A stretch of 16,812 nucleotides of DNA from a bacterium (GTDB lineage Bacteria; SAR324; NAC60-12): assembly GCA_965233585.1 (NCBI GenBank), contig CBDDTI010000679.1, forward strand, positions 1 to 16,812. Reading direction: 5' to 3'. Made by a program: the position numbers and the translations under genes. The notes beneath the pieces are model-generated. The model was not told where the DNA came from, did not search any database, and saw only the letters and a program-made list of their open reading frames with translations. Positions 8,816-16,812 of this stretch are shown piece after piece. How positions within the stretch are numbered: the first letter of the stretch is position 1; each line of letters opens with the position of its first letter.

Positions 8816-11458
8816 CTATTTCTTTTCTTTGCAAGGGTCAAAAACTCCAATCATGTCCAAGGCTGCCGTCCACTTGTGGACCTCCAAGCATTTCGTGAAT
8901 ACGTCTGCAGCCTGTTGCTCTGTCGGGCAATGTTGGATGCTGATATCCGGCTCTTTGAACGCATCATAAAGCCCCTGGACATTTATTTTGTGGGTTTTAC
9001 CTAAATGTCTTAGGCGAGCAGAGTATCCATTTTTAATTACTTGTATGGTGGCAGTATTATCTTGGTGACATGTTAATGGAATTGCACTTCCAAGCAACTC
9101 TGACAAAAACTGTTGCGCAGGGATCGCATCATGAAACAGAGCAGTGGCCAGGGCTATGGCCTCGGCCTCTGTGGTTGAACGACTGCATGTTGTCTGCCGT
9201 TTCGACTGGAACGAAATAGGGAAAAGGATGAACCACCTGAGATCACAAGAGCCTGAAGTTGAGTAACCATGGTCTGCCTTTGATGCATGGTCAGCATCCG
9301 TGAATAACCACAGGTTCCATTCAGCATCTGGATCTAGTTTCAACCTCATCCTATATTGTTTTGTTCCATGAAGGTAGCTGAATACCCTGAACAAACGCCT
9401 GTCATCATTTTTACTCCATTTCGTTATCCTTTTACTTAACTCATTCAGCGCATGAAGCAAGTCAGGCCGGCTAAGCCTTGCAAGCCAGTAAGCTTTCATG
9501 ATCAGCTTTGCCGCTGAGTTGGCTAAGTTACCCTGGCTGTCCCAATCTTCTACCGGCAACGAACTTTCATCAAGATAAGGGGTTGAAGCCTTCTTGATGC
9601 CTTTGAAGTCCTTGCATTCTTGCTCATATAGTTTGCACGTGACATCAGCAAACTCGTGCATGTCTAGCTGGACCTCTCCCTCCTTAATCAAGTGAGTCCT
9701 GCCTAGGACTTTTGAGACATCTTGTGGTGGTTCGAAATGAAGATGGCTGGACAATTCATCCCAAAACTGCTGATGATTCTGGCTTGGGCCTGAAACAACT
9801 ATGTCATCTACGTAAAGTGTGACCAGCAGTCCTAAACGCTCAACGACAAAGTTTGATGGAAACAATGGAGATTCAACTCCGCCTAGCAAATCCATTATTG
9901 ACTTAAACTTCAAACCCCAGTGTCCTCCCGACTCCGGGTGCCCGTACAACGATTTGTGGAGCTTAGTGCATGGGCGGTGCATCCATTTGAGATGGCCAGG
10001 AGCCAACTCTTCAGGCAACTCGATGTACGTGTCATTTTCTGTTTGAAGGTCTCTCTGGATGTAAGCCTTGATCACATCGCTTTGAGATGTTTTGTTTCCT
10101 CTTTTCAGGCCGAACGCCAGATTTATGTTCAATCCAGCAATGGTTGTTGGAATGATCTTGATTTCTTGGAATTCGCTGGCTAAACCAAACTCGTCACGAA
10201 CATTGTTACCAAGAAATACAATTCTGGCCTTGAGCCGCTTCTCTTCTGCTGATTCGGCATTCTTTCAACTCATGATTGTCATGAGACGTCCGATAGCAAC
10301 CTTAGTTCCACTTTGCCTGGCTTGACGCTCTAAATCGTGCCTTTGGATCACATGCTTGTAATCCCATGTTCCAGCTTCGATCAACCCTTGAGCTTCCTTC
10401 TTGGCTTCATTTACTGCAGCTGGATCACTTTTCCAGACTTTCTTGTCGATAAGCTCATGAATGCCAAGAGGAATTTGTTCAGGCTCAACTTCTTTTGGAA
10501 CGTGCACTGGCTCTTCAGTTGTTGGCACGCAGCTCATGCTAGGGACAAATTTGTGGAACAAGTCGGGGAACAACGATGACATGATGCTTTCGCACATCTG
10601 CGTTGGATAGAATGCTGAGTTTGGAGTTTTGGAACCACACAATGGCACATGCTTGTGGTCATGGCTGCATGTCTTGGTTCTCAAGCATCGGATTAAACTG
10701 TCATCTGTTGATGCAACAGTCCAAGGTTTGAAAGAATCTCCTCCTACAAAATGGTTCGAGTTAAAGAAGTCCTGAAGTTCCTGCAACTGCCAACCAGAGC
10801 ATCCTGAGGGCCACTCGAAATGAACCCTAGCTCCACGTTTCAGGATGATTTTGGCAAACTGGAAAAAGAACCGAAGGAGTTTCTTGCTCTCTAATCTCTG
10901 TGCCATCAATCTCCTACGAAATTCTGGACCCAACCTTCTCCAGTTAAGGCGTTGCCAACTCGACCAAGGATTGCAAGGAATCGATCCCCAAAGATCAACA
11001 CCGTTCATTGCATCTGAGTCTAAAACTTCGAGAAGTTGTGATTGCACTTCAAGCTCTGCAACATTACCATTGGCTTTGGTAAGGCGAATGTGTTTCACAC
11101 CAATAGATTCCGACGCCTTTCCAAGATTGGATTGAGGGCTACAACAAAACTCAATCATAGTACCATAAGCTGGCAACAATTTCTGGGCAGATTTCTTTCC
11201 CTTCTTTCCACCCTGGATGGGGCGCGGCAATGCCTGCTGCTCTCCACCCTTTGCGTCAAAAGCGCCACTCGGAACTTCATCGGCCTCAGGCAGAAGTTGG
11301 AAGATGGTCTTTCCAGTCCAGAACTCTTTCAATGTTTTGTTGTTCCCTTTCCAATGCTCATTAGTGATGGTTTCCTCACTACCGCTCTCAAAGTACTTTA
11401 CTTCGGTTATTCTAGCCCCAAGTCTTTTGGCTTTCACGGGAAGATCATCGAGACGAGT
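8816..11458 (-). pseudogene. Copia pol polyprotein fragment: WTGxTxF module - C5-MTase-like domain - reverse transcriptase - RNase H; one in-frame TGA at 10265-10267
   Basis: ORFs 10265..11437 and 8816..10132 are in the same frame. The 44 codons between them read KNAESAEEKRLKARIVFLGNNVRDEFG... (copia KARLV motif). RT motifs: QSDVIKAYIQ, KSLYGHPESG, LYVDD, SRPDL. RNase H motifs: FTDADHA, STSG, SKRQ..SRSTTEAE, HQDN, QAADVFTK. Confidence 0.92.
10580..11158 (-). other. C5 cytosine DNA methyltransferase-like domain within the copia polyprotein
   Basis: Ordered motifs: MIEFCCS (motif I-like, degenerate), DLWGSIPC (motif IV, catalytic PC, Cys codon 10973-10975), HFEWP (motif VI, ENV/ENP-like), KPW (motif VIII position), SAFYPTQMCESI (motif X-like). 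Recognised by eye; no HMM was run. Confidence 0.65.
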
Positions 11459-11510
11459 GTGTTACCACTTTATAAACGTTAATTTCTCAACCATTTTTTG
11501 AAATGTTGTA

Positions 11511-11596
11511 ACCATTTTATAAAAAATATTGCTTACCATTTTATAAAAAATATTGCCTACCATTTTATAAAAAAGTATTGCTTATCATTTTAAAAA
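11511..11596 (+). repeat. 24-bp AT-rich tandem repeat (ACCATTTTATAAAAAATATTGCTT) x~3.5
   Basis: Copies start at 11511, 11535, 11559 and 11584 (partial). Confidence 0.9.
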
Positions 11597-11769
11597 GATA
11601 AATTTATAATATTTTCTATTTTAAGTTTTCTTGGCGTGAATCTACATTTATTTGTTTTGAAGGCCCCAAAGTAAATTACAATGGCATGTGAAGAGTAACT
11701 GAGATGCCAGCATACTTTGGACAATAGAACTTTTCTGCGGCATAATCGTGCCGGGCAGGTTCTCGAATG

Positions 11770-14700
11770 TTGTATTTTGCCCAGAATGCTTTTTTTTGTA
11801 TGTATTTTGCCGAAACCTCTACGCATTCTCCATTGTATTTTGCCCAGAATGCTTTTTTTTGTATGTATTTTGCCGAAACCTCTACGCATTCTCCATTGTA
11901 TTTTGCCCAGAATGCTTTTTTTTTGTATGTATTTTGCCGAAACCTCTACGCATTCTCCATTGTATTTTGCCCAGAATGCTTTTTTTGTATGTATTTTGCC
12001 GAAACCTCTACGCATTCTCCATTGTATTTTGCCCAGAATGCTTTTTTTTGTATGTATTTTGCCGAAACCTCTACGCATTCTCCATTGTATTTTGCCCAGA
12101 ATGCTTTTTTTTTGTATGTATTTTGCCGAAACCTCTACGCATTCTCCATTGTATTTTGCCCAGAATGCTTTTTTTTGTATGTATTTTGCCGAAACCTCTA
12201 CGCATTGCATTCTCCATTGTATTTTGCCCAGAATGCTTTTTTTGTATGTATTTTGCCGAAACCTCTACGCATTCTCTATTGAATTTTGCCCAGAATGCTT
12301 TTTTTTGTATGTATTTTGCCGAAACCTCTACGCATTCTGCATTGTATTTTGCCCAGAATGCTTTTTTTTGTATGGATTTTGCCGAAACCTCTACGCATTC
12401 TCCATTGTATTTTGCCCAGAATGCTTTTTTTTGGTATGTATTTTGCCGAAACCTCTATGCATTCTCCATTGTATTTTGCCCAGAATGCTTTTTTTTGGTA
12501 TGTATTTTGCGGAAACCTCTACGCATTCTCCATTGAATTTTGCCCAGAATGCTTTTTTTTTGTATGTATTTTGCCGAAACCTCTACGCATTCTCCATTGT
12601 ATTTTGCCCAGAATGCTTTTTTTTTGTATGTATTTTTCCCGAAACCTCTACGCATTCTCCATTGTATTTTGCCCAGAATGCTTTTTTTTGGTATGTATTT
12701 TGCCGAAACCTCTACGCATTCTCCATTGTATTTTGCCCAGAATGCTTTTTTTTTGTATGTATTTTGCCGAAACCTCTACGCATTCTCCATTGTATTTTGC
12801 CCAGAATGCTTTTTTTTGTATGTATTTTGCCGAAACCTCTACGCATTCTCCATTGAATTTTGCCCAGAATGCTTTTTTTTGTATGTATTTTGCCGAAACC
12901 TCTACGCATTCTCCATTGTATTTTGCCCAGAATGCTTTTTTTTGTATGTATTTTGCCGAAACCTCTACGCATTCTCCATTGTATTTTGCCCAGAATGCTT
13001 TTTTTTTGTATGTATTTTGCCGAAACCTCTACGCATTCTCCATTGTATTTTGCCCAGAATGCTTTTTTTTTGTATGTATTTTGCCGAAACCTCTACGCAT
13101 TCTCCATTGTATTTTGCCCAGAATTCTTTTTTTTGTATGTATTTTGCCGAAACCTCTACGCATTCTCCATTGTATTTTGCCCAGAATGCTTTTTTTTAAA
13201 TGTATTTTGCCGAAACCTCTATTCTTTTCTCCATTGCAGGTTGCCTCAAATGCCTTTTTTTCTTTTGAAAAAATAAATTGTTTTCCTGTGAATTTTGCCT
13301 AAACTTCTAAGCTTTTCTGCATTGTATCTTACCCCAAATGCAATTTTTCTCCATTGTATTTTGCCCAGAATGCATTTTTTTTTGTATGTATTTTGCCGAA
13401 ACCTCTACGCATTCTCCATTGTATTTTTGCCCAGAATGTTTTTTTGTATGTATTTTGCCGAATGCTTTTTTTGGTATGTATTTTGCCGAAACCTCTACGC
13501 ATTCTCCATTGTATTTTGCCCAGAATGCTTTTTTTTGTATGTATTTTGCCGAAACCTCTAGGCATGCTCCATTGTATTTTGCCCAGAATGCTTTTTTTGG
13601 TATGTATTTTGCCGAAACCTCTACGCATTCGAATGCTTTTTTTGTATGTATTTTGCCGAAACCTCTACGCATTCTCCATTGTATTTTGCCCAGAATGCTT
13701 TTCTTTTGTATGTATTTTGCCGAAACCTCTACGCATTCTCCATTGTATTTTGCCCAGAATGCTTTTTTTGTATGTATTTTGCCGAAACCTCTACGCATTC
13801 TCCATTGTATTTTGCCCAGAATGCTTTTTTTGTATGTATTTTGCCGAAACCTCTACGCATTCTCCATTGTATTTTGCCCAGAATGCTTTTTTTTGTATGT
13901 ATTTTGTCGAAACCTCTACGCATTCTCCATTGTATTTTGCCCAGAATGCTTTTTTTGTATGTATTTTGCTTTTTTTTGTATGTATTTTGCCGAAACCTCT
14001 ACGCATTCTCCATTGTATTTTGCCCAGAATGCTTTTCTTTTGTATGTATTTTGAAACCTCTACGCATTCTCCATTGTATTTTGCCCAGAATTTTTTTTTG
14101 TATGTATTTTGCCGAAACCTCTACGCATTCTCCATTGTATTTTGCCCAGAATGCTTTTTTTGGTATGTAGAAACCTCTACGCATTCTCCATTGTATTTTG
14201 CCCAGAATTCTTTTTTTTTGTATGTATTTTGCCGAAACCTCTACGCATTCTCCATTGTATTTTGCCCAGAATGCTTTTTTTTGTATGTATTTTGCCGAAA
14301 CCTCTACGCATTCTCCATTGTATTTTGCCCAGAATGCTTTTTTTTTGTATGTATTTTGCCGAAACCTCTACGCATTCTCCATTGTATTTTGCCCAGAATG
14401 CTTTTTTTGTATGTATTTTGCCGAAACCTCTACGCATTCTCCATTGTATTTTGCCCAGAATGCTCTTTTTTTGTATGTATTTTGCCGAAACCTCTACGCA
14501 TTCTCCATTGTATTTTGCCCAGAATGCTTTTTTTGTATGTATTTTGCCGAAACCTCTACGCATTCTCCATTGTATTTTGCCCAGAATGCTTTTTTTTGTA
14601 TGTATTTTGCCGAAACCTCTAGGCATGCTCCATTGTATTTTGCCCAGAATGCGAATGCTTTTTTTTGTATGTATTTTGCCGAAACCTCTACGCATTCTCC

Positions 14701-16812
14701 ATTGTATTTTGCCCAGAATGCTTTTTTTTGTATGTATTTTGCGGAAACCTCTACGCATTCTCCATTGTATTTTGCCCAGAATGCTTTTTTTTGTTTTTTT
14801 TCCGAAACCTCTACGTATGTATTTTGCCGAATGCTTTTTTTGTATGTATTTTGCCGAAACCTCTACGCATTCTCCATTGTATTTTGCCCAGAATGCTTTT
14901 TTTTTGTATGTATTTTGCGGAAACCTCTACGCATTCTCCATTGTATTTTGCCCAGAATGCTTTTTTTTGTATGTATTTTGCCGAAACCTCTACGCATTCT
15001 CCATTGTATTTTGCCCAGAATGCTTTTTTTTTTGTATGTATTTTGCCGAAACCTCTACGCATTCTCCATTGTATTTTGCCCAGAATGCATTTTTTTTTGT
15101 ATGTATTTTGCCGAAACCTCTACGCATTCTCCATTGTATTTTGCCCAGAATGCTTTTTTTTGGTATGTATTTTGCCGAAACCTCTACGCATTCTCCATTG
15201 TATTTTGCCCAGAATGTGTTTTTTTTGTATGTATTTTGCGGAAACCTCTACGCATTCTCCATTGTATTTTGCCCAGAATGGTTTTTTTGGTATGTATTTT
15301 GCCGAAACCTCTACGCATTCTCCATTGTATTTTGCCCAGAATGCCCTTTCTTGTATGTATTTTGCCGAAACCTCTACGCATTCTCCATTGTATTTTGCTC
15401 AGAATGCGTTTTTTTGGTATGTATTTTGCCGAAACCTCTACGCATTCTCCATTGTATTTTGCCCAGAATTCCTATATATGCCAGATTTTTTTTGGTATGT
15501 ATTTTGCCGAAACCTCTACGCATTCTCCATTGTATTTTGCCCAGAATGCTTTTTTTTTTGTATGTATTTTGTCGAAACCTCTACGCATTCTCCATTGTAT
15601 TTTGCCCAGAATGCTTTTTTTTTGTATGTATTTTGCCGAAACCTCTACGCATTCTCCATTGTATTTTGCCCAGAATGCTTTTTTTTTGTATGTATTTTGC
15701 CGAAACCTCTATGCATTCTCCATTGTATTTTGCCCAGAATGCTTTTTTTTTGTATGTATTTTGCCGAAACCTCTACGCATTCTCCATTGTATTTTGCCCA
15801 GAATGCTTTTTTTTTGTATGGATTTTTGCCGAAACCTCTACGCATTCTCCATTGTATTTTGCCCAGAATGCTTTTTTTTGGTATGTATTTTGCCGAAACC
15901 TCTACGCATTCTCCATTGTATTTTGCCCAGAATGCTTTTTTTTGTATGTATTTTGCGGAAACCTCTACGCATTCTCCATTGTATTTTGCCCAGAATGCTT
16001 TTTTTTTGTATGTATTTTGCCGAAACCTCTACGCATTCTCCATTGTATTTTGCCCAGAATGCTTTTTTTGTATGTATTTTGCCGAAACCTCTACGCATTC
16101 TCCATTGTATTTTGCCCAGAATGCTTTTTTTTTGTATGTATTTTGCCGAAACCTCTACGCATGCTCCATTGTATTTTGCCCAGAATGCTTTTTTTTGTAT
16201 GTATTTTGCCGAAACCTCTACGCATTCTCCATTTTGCCCAGAATGCTTTTTTTTGTATGTATTTTGCCGAAACCTCTACGCATTCTCCATTGTATTTTGC
16301 CCAGAATGCTTTTTTTGGTATGTATTTTGCCGAAACCTCTAGGCATGCTCCATTGTATTTTGCCCAGAATGCTTTTTTTTGTATGTATTTTGCCGAAACC
16401 TCTACGCATTCGAATGCTTTTTTTTGTATGTATTTTGCCGAAACCTCTACGCATTCTCCATTGTATTTTGCCCAGAATGCTTTTCTTTTGTATGTATTTT
16501 GCCGAAACCTCTACGCATTCTCCATTGTATTTTGCCCAGAATGCTTTTTTTTGTATGTATTTTGCCGAAACCTCTACGCATTCTCCATTGTATTTTGCCC
16601 AGAATGCTTTTTTTTTGTATGTATTTTGCCGAAACCTCTACGCATTCTCCATTGTATTTTGCCCAGAATTTTTTTTTTGTATGTATTTTGCGGAAACCTC
16701 TACGCATTCTCCATTGTATTTTGCCCAGAATGCTTTTTTTTGTATGTATTTTGCCGAAACCTCTACGCATTCTCCATTGTATTTTGCCCAGAATGCTTTT
16801 TTTTTGTATGTA
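11770..16812 (+). repeat. Satellite/minisatellite array, 62-65 bp unit TTGTATTTTGCCCAGAATGC(T)7-10GTATGTATTTTGCCGAAACCTCTACGCATTCTCCA, about 80 copies, runs off window
   Basis: Near-identical head-to-tail units differing mainly in poly-T length; degenerate segment at ~13197-13350. Confidence 0.98.

Larger units (their letters stand above)
8034..11460 (-). mobile_element. Ty1/copia LTR retrotransposon remnant, 5'-truncated, carrying a DNA-methyltransferase-like domain
   Basis: Copia RT/RNase H motifs in 8816-10264. Upstream coding stops abruptly at ~11460, where AT-rich repeats begin. The 3' boundary is approximate (purine tract at 8034-8041); LTRs could not be confirmed. Confidence 0.8.

Noticed and set aside
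10580..11158. Interpreting the region upstream of RT as integrase
   Set aside because: No HHCC zinc finger, DDE core or GKGY-type motif is visible; the motifs fit a C5-MTase order better.
9819..11501. Plus-strand ORFs over the retroelement
   Set aside because: Antisense shadows of the pol frame with no motifs.
11590..16770. Many long ORFs (up to 714 aa) on both strands
   Set aside because: They are translations of a stop-poor satellite; the frame flips with poly-T length, so there is no coding constraint.
11770..16812. CRISPR-like periodicity (about 63 bp) with dyad symmetry
   Set aside because: No unique spacers, the whole unit repeats, no cas genes, eukaryotic context.

Overview
Eukaryotic genomic DNA, most likely from a Symbiodiniaceae dinoflagellate. 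This is inferred from many tiny exons with AG|G acceptors, GT/GC/GA donors, and ~100-bp TA-flanked MITEs in the introns. The window has three parts. (1) 1-~7940: a highly fragmented minus-strand host gene of unknown product, whose short exons I could chain in phase by eye. (2) ~8030-11460: a 5'-truncated, decaying minus-strand Ty1/copia retrotransposon. Its single pol frame (one premature TGA) encodes RT and RNase H and, just upstream of RT, a C5 cytosine-methyltransferase-like domain (GSIPC and HFEWP motifs). This is the most interesting item. (3) ~11770-16812: about 80 copies of a 62-65 bp satellite with internal dyad symmetry, a degenerate core and signs of higher-order duplication. The long ORFs over the satellite are artefacts.
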